Source: an uncultured delta proteobacterium
GTDB taxonomy: Bacteria > Desulfobacterota > Binatia > UBA9968
Direction of reading: 5' to 3'
Length of the DNA stretch: 64,000 bases
NCBI GenBank assembly: GCA_963847445.1
Contig: CAWJZV010000046.1
Coordinates: 320,001-384,000 of the forward strand
Shown here: positions 52,527-64,000 of the stretch, piece by piece
Position numbering within the stretch: the stretch's first letter is position 1
Layout: each line of letters begins with the position of its first letter
Position numbers and translations under genes: made by a program
The notes under the pieces: generated by a model
Told to the model about the DNA's origin: nothing
The model's input: only the letters and a program-made list of their open reading frames with translations
Database searches by the model: none

Positions 52527-53199
52527 TCAAGGCATCGGCTTGATGGCTGCCAATTGGCTCTGCAGATTTCCCGCGGTTATGACAAAAGCTGGGGAGATCG
52601 ACAGCCCCGCTTGTTCCAGCGCTTCAGCGACCCAAGTATTGCAGGTGCGCAGCAAGCTAAAACTGCGGTTTGCCGGATAAAAGCGGCTGGAGGCGAACAA
52701 TCCCGGAGCTGCGCGCGCACGGCCAGATGATTGTTGGCGTAGGAAAGTTTCGTCGACATAATCGACCATGCGTTCGTAGGCGGTCGCGGCTCAAGCGCAG
52801 TTCCGTGATGGTTGCGCCGCGGTAGAAGTTCTCAACTGTATCTGTGAATCCGACTAGGTGAATGACGCTGCCACTGGACCACATGGCCGCCTTGATGGCG
52901 CCGAAAATTCCCGATTGCGGATCGGGAAAATAGTCTTTGTCGCCCCAGCTGAATTCAATAAATTGGGCCGCGGGAAAATCCGCCAGCTCCGGCATGGTTC
53001 TTTCCGCGAGGTCGCTTTTGCGCAGGACGATGGCGGCGTGCCAGGAGTTGTGAACGATGGAGACGGATTTACAAGTCGGTTCGCTATCCGTGCAAGCCCA
53101 CTGAGAGGCGGCTTCGGGGTAAGCGAGCCGATCTGCAAGGCAAAGCAGTATTGCCGCCAAGCCCAACGGTAACAGTCGTCGCCACCAGAGCATGGCCAC
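52527..53199 (-). CDS. DUF2459 family protein (one frameshift)
   Basis: VHNSWHAAIV, EFSWGDKDYF, AAMWSSGSVIHL and FYPA..FSLLRTCNTWVAEAL. Confidence 0.82.
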
Positions 53200-53264
53200 A
53201 GCTAGCCTCGGATGGCCCGCTCAATCAACCTCATGATTGCGCTGCCAGTGCGTCACGCCGTGCC

Positions 53265-54760
53265 TCAATCAGCCGGCCGCCGTCGTGCCATTCGCAAACT
53301 AAATCCCTCACGTTTGATATAGACTTGCTTTGAGTCCGGGCGCCGGCTCAACTGCTCGATCAGAGCGACCAGCGGCGTCGCCGTGCTGGGCATAATCTTT
53401 CGGCGCGCCGGCTGCTTTCAGCGCCGCCAAGGCTTCCGCGCCGGCAAAAAAGTTCAGCAGCTTGTCGTCGTCGCTGACGCTGTCGCCGCCAAATTTCATT
53501 CTGAATTCTGCCAAGCCGATGTCGGGGACTTTGACCTTGGCCAATTCCTTGGCGCGCGCGCTGTTCACTAAGCGATCGCTGCAGATTGGCGTCGATGGAC
53601 TCCGCTTCCTCTTCGCCCCAATGGCCCAAGGCGTACAGCAGCACCTCGTCGGTGACTTCCTGGTAGCGTTGCGCCGACCATGACGTTGATGGCGGCTTGG
53701 ACGCCGAAGAACTGCGAGTAGGGCGTCACCATGATCGGATAGCCGAACTCGGCACGGACGCGGGTGACTTCTTCGAGCACCGCCGGCAGCTGGTCGAGCT
53801 TGGCCAAATTAGCCAGCTGAAAACGAAAGTTGGAAATCATGCCGCCGGGCACCTGGTGCAAGCGGATGCAATGCGTCGTATGCCAACGGTCGCCCTATCG
53901 GCAGATTCTCCTGCTTCGCCACCATCATGAAATGGTCGCGCACGGGTTTGACGCATCTCCTCGTCGACCATGGTCTGATAGCCCAGCGCGCGGGCGTTCA
54001 TGGCGACGTTGAACAGCGATGGATTCGACGAACCGTCGGCGAGCGGCGGGATCGCCGTGTTGATCGAACGTGATGCCGAGCTGGATCGCTTCAAGGCAAC
54101 AAAGCGCGCCCAGACCGGTGTTGCAGTGGGTGTGAAACTCCACCGGTTTGCCGTTCGCTTCGCGCAGGATCAACGGCACCAGACGGCGCGTCGACTCCGG
54201 GCGTCAACAAACCGCCGGGATCTTTGAAGCAGATCCGTTCGACATCGAGCTTGGCCGCTTCGCGGGTGCGTTGGACAAAATATTCGTCGGTGTGCTTGGG
54301 CGAGATCGAATAAATAATATTCAAGATCGTCTTCAGGCCGACGCGCTTGGCGCCGTCGACCGCTTCGCGCCAATATTTCGGCGTGTTCGACGGATCGGAG
54401 GTGCGCAGTTCGCTGGATGCCGTTGGCGGCCAAGCGCTCCAGCCACAGATCGGTGATCGCCGGCGCGGTCAACTGAAACGCCAGCATGGAGCGGCTGCGA
54501 ATCGAGCGCAGCGGGGTTTTCCTGATCCGCTGCGCTAATAGGCGAATCCGTTCCCAGGGATCGTCGTGCAAATCGCGCACGCATTTCTTGTAAAACGCCG
54601 ATGACATGATCTCGATGGCTTCGAAGCCGGCGCGGTCGAGCCGCTCGGCGATCGGCAGCATCATGCCGGTGCGCATGTTGGACGCCCAAAGGCTCAACTG
54701 GCCGTCGCGCAGGGTGGTGTCGACGAAATAGACTTTGCCGCGGGGATTCGCTTGGGTCAT
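53265..54760 (-). CDS. Stand-alone carboxyltransferase domain, pyruvate carboxylase B / OadA-like (many frameshifts)
   Basis: VDTTLRDGQLSLWA, DPWERIR, FKDPGGLLTP, EFHTHC, HQVPGGMISN and GYPIMVTPYSQ; no biotinyl AMKM motif found. Confidence 0.82.
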
Positions 54761-54771
54761 GGCAGTGGGAT

Positions 54772-54854
54772 TGGAGTGATGGAGTAGTGGAGTGTTGGAG
54801 TAATGGGGTTTGGATGTTGTCAACACTCCATTACTCCAATACTCCATCACTCCA
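54772..54854. repeat. Empty inverted element of 8-bp TGGAGTnn units (4+4)
   Basis: tggagtga tggagtag tggagtgt tggagtaa tggg ... acactcca ttactcca atactcca tcactcca. Confidence 0.92.
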
Positions 54855-54870
54855 GATTTTTTCGGCAGGC

Positions 54871-55197
54871 TCAGTCCAGATTCACATAGAGCCTGGTCCA
54901 ATCGATCGGCGTCGCCGTGTGGCCCTGGCCGGTGGTGTCTTCGGCGAGGAAAACATCGCCGGGATAAAAAGTCATGCTGCTGCCGTCACCGAGCCCGATC
55001 TTCACACTGCCCGTTAGCGTCACCACCCAGCGGCGTCTGGGGGCGCGATGGAAATTGACGATATGGGGGGCGAAGTCGTCGCGAAACAGATGGCTGGTGG
55101 CCGGCTTGGTGTCATTGAAGTAGGTCGCCTTGGCACTGTCCAACTGTTCGAAGTGAGATTGGCCGTCGGCGCCGGCGTAGAGTCGATAGAATTGCAT
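54871..55197 (-). CDS. Small cupin-fold protein
   Basis: RBS ggagg; RLYAGADGQSHFE, FHRAPRRRWVVTLTG and GDVFLAEDTTGQGH. Confidence 0.8.
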   Translation of the reverse strand: MQFYRLYAGADGQSHFEQLDSAKATYFNDTKPATSHLFRDDFAPHIVNFHRAPRRRWVVTLTGSVKIGLGDGSSMTFYPGDVFLAEDTTGQGHTATPIDWTRLYVNLD

Positions 55198-55381
55198 CGC
55201 TAGCCTCCGCGGGGAATTTGCGCCATTTCTAGCATCAAATGGCGTTGGCTGCGCCAGCGCGGATAGTGGCAAACCTAAGTGAAGCGGGTGGCGAGTAATG
55301 CGAGTAATTGAATGTCAAAGGCTGGGTCCCGCGGCGACAACGGCACGATCGGCTCGCCGTTATCGCCGCAGGACGCGCGGA

Positions 55382-55488
55382 TCAAACGCGTGTGAATGAC
55401 TGGAAGATGCCCCAGATGCTGTACAAAACGGTCAGTGCCGAGAATGCCCCAAACAGCCAGTTTCATTCCAAATCGGAAAATCTGCCAT
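55382..55488 (-). CDS. Putative ~34-aa single-TM small protein (needs indel correction)
   Basis: Strong RBS gaggag before ATG 55488; joined frames give roughly MADFPIGMKLAVWGILGLTVLYSIWxIFQSFTRV*. Confidence 0.4.
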
Positions 55489-55599
55489 AAATTCTCTCCT
55501 CGAATAGTTGCGTTTCCAGCTGGTTGCCGAACGAGCAGGCAGCCGCAGTGGAACGGTTTATCAATGCTGTCGGAAAGCGAAACTCAGGAGAGAGTCGGT

Positions 55600-55909
55600 T
55601 TAGATCCGAAATGTCTGATTGAGTGTGACCATGGACGGTGAGTCGCAGCGATCGGCGTCTATTGGAGGTCCAGTGGGCCAGTCTCAGGATGGGTACGATG
55701 CAGGATGCCACCGAATCAAACCTCGGCGCGGCGGTGAACAGATTGCCGACACTGACGCCGTTGTCTTCGTCGACGATTTCGCTGGCGGTGGCGACAGGGT
55801 TGCTCCAAGGCGAGCTTGAGCCGGCGTCGCTCATGGCCGCGGCAATTCGCAAGGAGCTTGCCAAAAGCAGCGGCAGCAGCAGCGAGTAAATGATCAGCGA
55901 CTTGCGCAT
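55600..55909 (-). CDS. Hypothetical exported protein; end uncertain
   Basis: Signal peptide MRKSLIIYSLLLPLLLASSLRIAAA; a shifted frame ends LNQTFRI* at 55600, while the unshifted ORF runs to 55463. Confidence 0.4.
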
Positions 55910-55980
55910 GGCTTATGCTCTACTGTAGCAGGCAGCGGTGGCCATGGCAACCGCGCTGATGGATTGTACCCGCTCGCGCT

Positions 55981-57469
55981 CACAGCGGCGTCACGCTCGA
56001 CGGCGGCTTGCGGTGCTTGGTCGCCTGCTCGTAGGCGTAGGCGAACTTGATCATGTTGCCATCGTCGTAGGGGCGGCCGAGAAAGGTGATGCCGGCGGGC
56101 AGGTTGTCGCGGGTGAATCCCGCCGGCACCGACCACCGACGGCACGTAGACCAAAAACGTATTGATATGGGGCGCGCCTTTTTGATCGACGTAGGGCGGA
56201 TTGACGCCGTCCTTGATCAACGTGGGCTGATGCTCCACGGCTTTGTGCACGATGGCGTCGAGGCGGTGCTCGGCCATGACTTGCAAAAGGTTGGTCATCA
56301 GTTCTTCGCGCGCTTTCAAGTATTCGTAGTTCGCGTCGTTGGAGGGCGCGCGCGACCAGCGTTCGCGCGAGCCTTTGACGACCTTCTGAAAGTCCGGCGA
56401 CTGCATCGCTTCCTGGCGCGACGCGTAGGGCGGTTTGCCGCTGCGGCCGAAGTATTCTCTAAAGGATTCCTCATCGTCGGCGAAGCTGCCGGCGCGTTTA
56501 GCCAAGAGCGCTTTCAGATTCGGGATGACGATCGGATCGACGATCGACCGCGCCGGCGGCCTTGAGATCGTTCACGGCTTTGTCGAACACCTCGGTGATC
56601 TTGGCGAAATCTTCCGAGCCAGGCTCGGCGTCATAGCCCATGGACTCGCGCAGAATGCCGATGCGCGCGCCTTTGAGGCCGTTGTGGTCGAGAAACTTTG
56701 TAAAGCTCTCCGGCATCCGGCCGACGCCGCGCGCGGTCACCGGATCGTCGGGGTCGTAGCCGACCATGTTGTCGAGCAGCTTGGCCAGGTCGGTCACCGT
56801 GCGCGCCATCGGACCCAGCGAGCCGTTGACCGAAGGCCAGCCGGCGTAGACGCCGCCGCGGCTCACCAGACCGGCAGTCGGGCGCATGCCGGAAACGCAG
56901 TTCCACGTCGATGGCCGGCGGATCGACGCGAAGCCTTCCTGGCCGACGGCGACCGTGCAAAAGTTTGCCGATACGCTGGCGCCCGAGCCGCCCGACGAGC
57001 CGCCGGCGGTGCGTTCGAGATCGTAGGGATTTTTCGTCGAGCCGAATAACGAACCATGGGTGTCGCCGCCGCCGAGTTCGCCGAGGGTCGCTTTGCCGAT
57101 GATGATGGCGCCGGCTTTCTTTGAGCTGGGCGACGACGAAGGCATCGCGGCCGGGATAGTAGTCTTTGAACAGCAAGGAGCCCAAGGTCGTCGGCATCGG
57201 CGTCGCGTCGCCTTGGTCCTTCATGACGATCGGTATGCCGTGCAGCGGTCCCACCGGCCCGGCAGATTTGTAGAGCCGCGTCGAGACGGTCGGCTTCTGT
57301 GAGCGCGTCGGGATTGAGTGAAATGATCGCATTGATCGCCGGGCCTTTTTTATCATAGGCCGTCAATGCGATCGAGATACATTTGCACTAGTTGACGGCA
57401 GGTCAGCTCGCCGGATTTGTAGGCGGCGTGAACCTGGTCGATGGTGGTTTCGAGAATGTTGAAAGCCAT
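55981..57469 (-). CDS. Amidase signature family protein (frameshifted)
   Basis: GPLHGIPIVMKD, AGAIIIGK, TKNPYD, GGSSGGSG, ASIRRP, GPMARTVTD and AYAYEQAT. Confidence 0.9.
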
Positions 57470-57592
57470 GGCAAATCTCCCTTACGCTTAACTGCGAATA
57501 GCGATTTCATATGTCAGGGTCGAGTGAATGTCCAGTCGGTGATGGCAGTTTCAATCGCGGGTAAGACTCCAACGCGTGTGCCGGCCCTGTCG

Positions 57593-57670
57593 GTCATACC
57601 GTTGAAAGACGGTATCCATCTTCGTTGCCACCGCTTCCCCACACCCGGACGCCGACCTGCGCCGGCATGA
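57593..57670. repeat. GTCAT-type REP-like doublet (inverted copy of 9027-9093)
   Basis: gtcataccgttgaaagacggtatcc ... ggacgccgacctgcgccggcatga. Confidence 0.8.
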
Positions 57671-57971
57671 GTACGCCATGAGGGCGCTGCGTCAGCGCGG
57701 TGCAGGTCCGTGTCGGAGGAAAGTCACAACTCTGAAGGCGAAGGTATCTGAGTCGCCCCAGGGCGAGGTGGAGATCAACCGCAGGCGAACTGCCGGTCTG
57801 TAGGTGGAAGGACCGCATGTTGGTGGCGCTGGCTAACGACGTCCAAAGAGACGAGAGTTGTTTTGCTGCGCACGGATGGTTCACCATGATTGCAATCTGT
57901 GGACTGGCGCGCCAATCCCGATGAGGAAACCACCGAAAGGAGAGCCGCGTGCGGGAGAATCGCACGCACGG
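57671..57971 (+). ncRNA. ORF-less, 3'-truncated group II intron-like RNA remnant
   Basis: Domain V-like GAGCCGCGTGCG-GGAGAAT-CGCACGCACGG (57942-57971) with AGC triad and AC bulge; 5' GTACG (cf. GUGYG); domain I-like words gtgcaggtcc, aactctgaaggcgaag, ccggtctg. Confidence 0.6.
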
Positions 57972-58162
57972 CAAAAAACCTCGATGCCCGCGTGCGCGGC
58001 ATGACGGAACAAATTTTCGCCTGACGCCGCTCCTCGCCTTACTCTACCCTAAGCTTGGTCGTAGCATCGAAGGGGCGAGGGATTTCAACCATCCCCAAGA
58101 GGGATCCTAATTCGCTGGATGGCTCTTCGAGAACATAAAAATCTACACTGTGGCAATCAATC

Positions 58163-59611
58163 TTATCCTGCCGCTTCTAGTTTTTCGCGCAGGATTTCAT
58201 TGACCTTTTGCGGGTTGGCTTTGCCCTGGGTGGCTTTCATGATCTGGCCGACCAGAAAGCCGAAGACTTTGTCGTTACCCGCGCGGTATTGTTCGACTTG
58301 CTTGGCATTGGCCGCGAGCACTTGATCGACGGCGGCTTCGATACTCCCCAAGTCCGACACTTGTTCCAGACCCTTTTCACTGACGATCTGCTGCGGCGTT
58401 TTGCCGCCATCCAGCAGCGCTTCGAAGACGCTCTTGGCGATCTTACCGTTGATCTTGCCCTGATCGATCAGTTGCACCAGCTCGGCTAAATGCTGCGCCG
58501 GGATTGGCCAGTTCTCGATATAGAGCTGGTCGTCGAGCTTGCGCTCCTTGAGCACCCGGAACAGATCACCGACGATCCAGTTGCTCAGCGCCTTGGCGTT
58601 GCTGTGAGTTTTTACCGCGCTGTCGAAATAGTCGGCGACGTCCTTGCGGCTGGTGAGCAGCTCGGCGTCGTAGGGCTGCAGGCCGTAGGCGCTGACAAAA
58701 CGGTTCTTGCGCGCCGCCGGCAGTTCCGGCAGCTCGGCGCGGATCTCGTCGATCCAACTCTCGGGGATCACCAACGGCAGCAGATCGGGATCGGGGAAGT
58801 AGCGATAATCGTGCGCCGATTCTTTCGAACGCATGGAGCGGGTTTCCTCGCGATGTTCGTCCCACAGGCGGGTTTCTTGAACTAACGTGCCGCCGTCGCC
58901 CAGCGTCTCGCTCTGCCGTTGGATCTCATATTTCAGCGCCCGTTCGACGGCGCGGAAAGAATTCAGATTCTTGATTTCGATCTTGGTGCCCAAAGTTTCC
59001 GTGCCGGCGGGTCGGATGGAAACATTGGCGTCGCAGCGGAAACTGCCTTCTTCCATGTTGCCGTCGCAGACGCCCAGGTATTGGAGCGTCGCTCGCAGCG
59101 CGCGCAGATAAGCGCCGGCTTCTTCGGTGGTGCGCAGGTCGGGTTCGCTGACGATTTCCAACAGCGGCACGCCGGCACGATTCAAATCGACCAGACTCGA
59201 GTCGCCATGGGCGTCATGGATATTTTTGCCGGCGTCTTCTTCCATGTGAATGCGCGTCAGGCGCACCCTTTTGGTTGCGCCGTTCAACTCGAAATCGACA
59301 TGACCGTCGCGGCAAACCGGCAACTCGTACTGGCTGATCTGGTAGCCCTTGGGCAAGTCCGGATAAAAATAATTTTTCCGCGCGAGAATGCTCGATCGGG
59401 TTATTTGGCAATGGGTCGCCAGACCGGCTTTGATGGCGAACTCGACGACTTTTTTATTGAGCACCGGCAGCACGCCGGGAAAGCCGCAGCAGACTGGGCA
59501 GGTGTTGGCGTTGGGTTCGCGGCCGAACTGGGTCGAGCAGCCGCAGAAGATCTTTGACGCGGTGAGCAGCTGGGCATGGACTTCCAGGCCGATGACGGGC
59601 TCGTATTTCAT
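58163..59611 (-). CDS. gatB: Asp-tRNA(Asn)/Glu-tRNA(Gln) amidotransferase subunit B
   Basis: [55 protein letters not shown] and YRYFPDPDL. Confidence 0.98.
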   Translation of the reverse strand: MKYEPVIGLEVHAQLLTASKIFCGCSTQFGREPNANTCPVCCGFPGVLPVLNKKVVEFAIKAGLATHCQITRSSILARKNYFYPDLPKGYQISQYELPVCRDGHVDFELNGATKRVRLTRIHMEEDAGKNIHDAHGDSSLVDLNRAGVPLLEIVSEPDLRTTEEAGAYLRALRATLQYLGVCDGNMEEGSFRCDANVSIRPAGTETLGTKIEIKNLNSFRAVERALKYEIQRQSETLGDGGTLVQETRLWDEHREETRSMRSKESAHDYRYFPDPDLLPLVIPESWIDEIRAELPELPAARKNRFVSAYGLQPYDAELLTSRKDVADYFDSAVKTHSNAKALSNWIVGDLFRVLKERKLDDQLYIENWPIPAQHLAELVQLIDQGKINGKIAKSVFEALLDGGKTPQQIVSEKGLEQVSDLGSIEAAVDQVLAANAKQVEQYRAGNDKVFGFLVGQIMKATQGKANPQKVNEILREKLEAAG

Positions 59612-59623
59612 GGGTTCAATCCG

Positions 59624-59668
59624 TCGAGGATCGAAGATCGACGATGGATGATGGCGATCCTCGATCAT
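59624..59668. repeat. 7-bp TCGAGGA unit element in the gatA-gatB spacer
   Basis: tcgagga tcgaaga tcgacga tggatga tggcga tcctcga tcat. Confidence 0.75.
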
Positions 59669-61132
59669 CTAGCCTCCATCCGCGGCTTTTTTAAGTGCCA
59701 CTCGGTCGCCTGTTCGTAGGCGTACGCGGTTCGCAATACGGTGGCTTCGTCGAAATGTTTGCCGACGATCTGCAATCCGATCGGCATGCCGTCGCCGTCA
59801 AAGCCGCAGGGCAGCGATAGCGCTGGCAGGCCCGCCAGATTGATCGAGATCGTGTAGATGTCGGACAGATACATTTGCAAGGGGTCATTGATCTTTTCGC
59901 CGATCTTGAATGCCGTGGTCGGCGCGGTCGGCGTGACGATCGCATCGCAACGTTTAAAGGTTGCGTCGAAATCTTGCTTGATCAGTGTGCGCACACGCTG
60001 GGCCTTTAGATAATAAGCGTCGTAATAACCCGCCGAAAGCACATAGGTGCCGAGCATGATGCGCCGCTTTACTTCCGAGCCGAAGCCTTCGTCGCGGCTA
60101 ATCATGTAGGTCTCGGTGAGGTCCTTGGCGTCGGCGCGGTGGCCGAAGCGCATGCCGTCGTAACGCGCCAGGTTTGAACTCGCCTCGGCGGTGGCGACGA
60201 CGTAATAGACGGCGACGGCGTATTCGGTGTGCGGTAGCGAGATCTCTTCGATCTTGGCGCCGTTCTTCTCCAGTTGGCGGATTGCCGCCCGGACTGATTG
60301 CTCAACCTCGGGCTGCATGCCGCTGACGAAGTATTCCTTGGGCACGCCGAGCCGCAGGCCTTTAACCTCGCCATTCAACGCAGTGCTATAATCGGGAACG
60401 GAGCGGTTCGACGAGGTGGAATCGGCAGGATCGTGGCCGGCGAGCGCTTGCAGCAGCAGCGCCGCATCGCGCACGTCTTTGGTGATCGGACCGACTTGGT
60501 CCATGGACGAGGCGAAGGCGATGATGCCGTAACGGCTGACCCGGCCGTAGGTCGGTTTCAAGCCGACCACGCCGCAGCAAGCGGCGGGTTGGCGGATCGA
60601 GCCGCCGGTGTCGGTGCCGACGGCGGCGATGCACTGGTCGGCGGCGACAGCGGCGGCCGAGCCGCCGGAGGAACCGCCGGGGATGCGTTCGAGATTCCAC
60701 GGATTGCGCGTCGGAAAAAATCCCGAGTTCTCCGCCGAGGAGCCCATGGCAAACTCGTCAAGATTGGTCTTGCCGACGATGACGGCGCCGGCGTCGCGCA
60801 GTTTTGCGATCGGTCGTGGCGTCGTAGGGCGGCATGAAGTCGCGCAAAATTTTCGACGCGCAGGTGGTGCGCAGCCCGCGGGTGAGAAAGTTATCTTTGA
60901 CCGCGATCGGTATGCCCAATAGCGGCGACGCTTGCGGCTCGCTGCGCAGACGCGCGTCGGCTTGCTGCGCCTGCTCGACGGCGCTCTCACGGTCCAAAGT
61001 GAGATAGGCGTGGACTTTGTCGTCGGTGGCGTCAATCCGTTGAAACACCGCGCCGGTGAGCTCGACGGCCGAGATCTCGCGGCGGCGCAGTTTCTCACTG
61101 GCATCGTGAAGTGTCAGCGCGGCAAGATTCAT
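59665..61132 (-). CDS. gatA: Amidotransferase subunit A (one frameshift, likely sequencing error)
   Basis: [46 protein letters not shown] and [22 protein letters not shown]. Confidence 0.97.
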
Positions 61133-61416
61133 TCGATGATTTTCGGAACCTTGAAGAAGGTTTCATCCCGATCCGGCGCGTTGGCCAGCAGCGCATCGGT
61201 GTTGGGCTGGTTCGTTACCTGGTCTTCGCGCAGGGCGGATAAATTGTCGATATCATGGTTAAACAACTCGACGTTTGCCGTGTCGAGCTCGTTGAGCTTG
61301 TCCATGTAGGCCAGTATATGATCGAGCTGCCCGGTGAATTCGCTTTCTTCCTCCGCGGTCAGGCGGAGGCGCGCCAGCATTGCCACCCGTTGCACCGATT
61401 CGCGGGTCAATTTCAT
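61129..61416 (-). CDS. gatC: Amidotransferase subunit C
   Basis: VAMLARL, LREDQV, LANAP and FFKVPKIIE; overlaps gatA start. Confidence 0.96.
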   Translation of the reverse strand: MKLTRESVQRVAMLARLRLTAEEESEFTGQLDHILAYMDKLNELDTANVELFNHDIDNLSALREDQVTNQPNTDALLANAPDRDETFFKVPKIIE

Positions 61417-61531
61417 GAAAATTTTTTACCATAGGGTGCTCGCCATTGCCACTCGGCTGGGCTCGTCATTGTTGGGGCTGTGCGCGAAAATTATTTGCAG
61501 TTACCGAGGGTTCGGGCTAAAACTGAAACCT

Positions 61532-62227
61532 ATGAACAGCTCCGAGTGTGACTTGGGTGTGAGCAATGGGTTGGGGTTTCGGCGATTCGAAGCTGACGCT
61601 TTGATGCATGGCTTCAATGCGGTGGCCGGCGTCGATGAAGTCGGCCGCGGGCCGCTCGCGGGTCCGGTGGTCGCGGCGGCGGTGATATTGCCCCACGGTT
61701 TCACTCATCCAGAGATCAAAGACTCGAAGCAGCTCAGCGCCAAACAGCGCGAGAAATTGGCGCCGATCATTCAACAGGCGGCCGTGAGTTGGGCGCTGGG
61801 TATTATCGACGTCGATGGCATTGACCGCTTGAATATTCTGCGCGCCAGCTTGACCGCCATGGCGCAAGCGCTGCAAGGTCTGACGTCTATGCCGGATTGT
61901 GTGCTCATCGACGGCAACCAGAAGATTCCGCTGGAGCTCTTCGCCGAGTTCGGTTCCATCGCGGCGCAGCCGCTGTACCAGCAGACCATCGTCAAGGGCG
62001 ATCAGTTTTGTCTGTCCATCGCCGCGGCGTCGATTGTCGCCAAAGTGGCGCGCGACCAGATAATGGTCGATTTCGACAAACAGTATCCCGACTATGGTTT
62101 TGCCGGCCACAAAGGGTATGGTAGCGCGGCGCATCTGGCGGCGCTGCAACGTTACGGTCCGACGCCGATCCATCGGCGCAGCTTCAAGCCGGTGCGCGAT
62201 TTGCTGGCAATCGCTCAGGAGGATTAA
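61532..62227 (+). CDS. rnhB: Ribonuclease HII
   Basis: AGVDEVGRGPLAGPVVAAAV, DSKQL, LIDGN, IAAASIVAKVARD, HKGYG and HRRSF; start approximate. Confidence 0.96.
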   Translation: MNSSECDLGVSNGLGFRRFEADALMHGFNAVAGVDEVGRGPLAGPVVAAAVILPHGFTHPEIKDSKQLSAKQREKLAPIIQQAAVSWALGIIDVDGIDRLNILRASLTAMAQALQGLTSMPDCVLIDGNQKIPLELFAEFGSIAAQPLYQQTIVKGDQFCLSIAAASIVAKVARDQIMVDFDKQYPDYGFAGHKGYGSAAHLAALQRYGPTPIHRRSFKPVRDLLAIAQED

Positions 62228-62254
62228 CTTGAGCGCTTTTCGGGTGCAGCAGCC

Positions 62255-63902
<1,648 letters not shown>

Positions 63903-64000
63903 GTTTCGCGATGCCAGTTTAATCGAGGCCCGTCAGTGAAGCGAGTTCGCTCATGAACTGCGAATTTGCTGAGCTGCTGCAATTGCCTTCTGGTACAGTG

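Noticed and set aside
2704-54854. CRISPR arrays in the periodic repeats
   Set aside because: Units are 7-9 bp, directly adjacent, with no unique spacers, and there are no cas genes.
2834-61132. Widespread pseudogenisation or programmed frameshifting
   Set aside because: Single-base indels hit about half the genes, including gatA and xth, with motifs intact on both sides and no consistent slippery sites; this fits long-read consensus error.
63903-64000. tRNA-Ser downstream of serS
   Set aside because: No cloverleaf or TTCGA T-arm in the remaining 98 nt.

Overview
GC-rich bacterial chromosomal window. It probably comes from an uncultured Candidatus Binatia/Binatota-like lineage; this is inferred only from gene content, namely many orphan solute-binding proteins, amidohydrolases, CoA transferases, and LLM and VOC enzymes. 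About half the genes are split by 1-nt indels, including the normally essential gatA, so these are read as long-read consensus errors rather than pseudogenes. Coding content is mostly transport and catabolism, plus xth, two toxin-antitoxin pairs and a core block (gatCAB, rnhB, yraN, serS). No rRNA, tRNA or CRISPR array was seen. The most striking feature is non-coding: many intergenic spacers hold inverted arms built from 3-4 tandem copies of 7-, 8- or 9-bp units. Two such elements are 'full': one brackets a GxxExxY (PD-(D/E)xK-like) gene at 13489-14013 and one brackets a four-helix-bundle (Avd/IVS-protein-like) gene at 49588-50080. Many 'empty', half or nested copies share those arm sequences or that design, suggesting a poorly described family of small mobile elements. 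Also notable are a toxin-antitoxin cassette with an attC-like site between diverged ~300-bp direct repeats of a peptidase 3' end (26973-28495), and an ORF-less, 3'-truncated group II intron-like RNA between REP-like hairpins (57671-57971).
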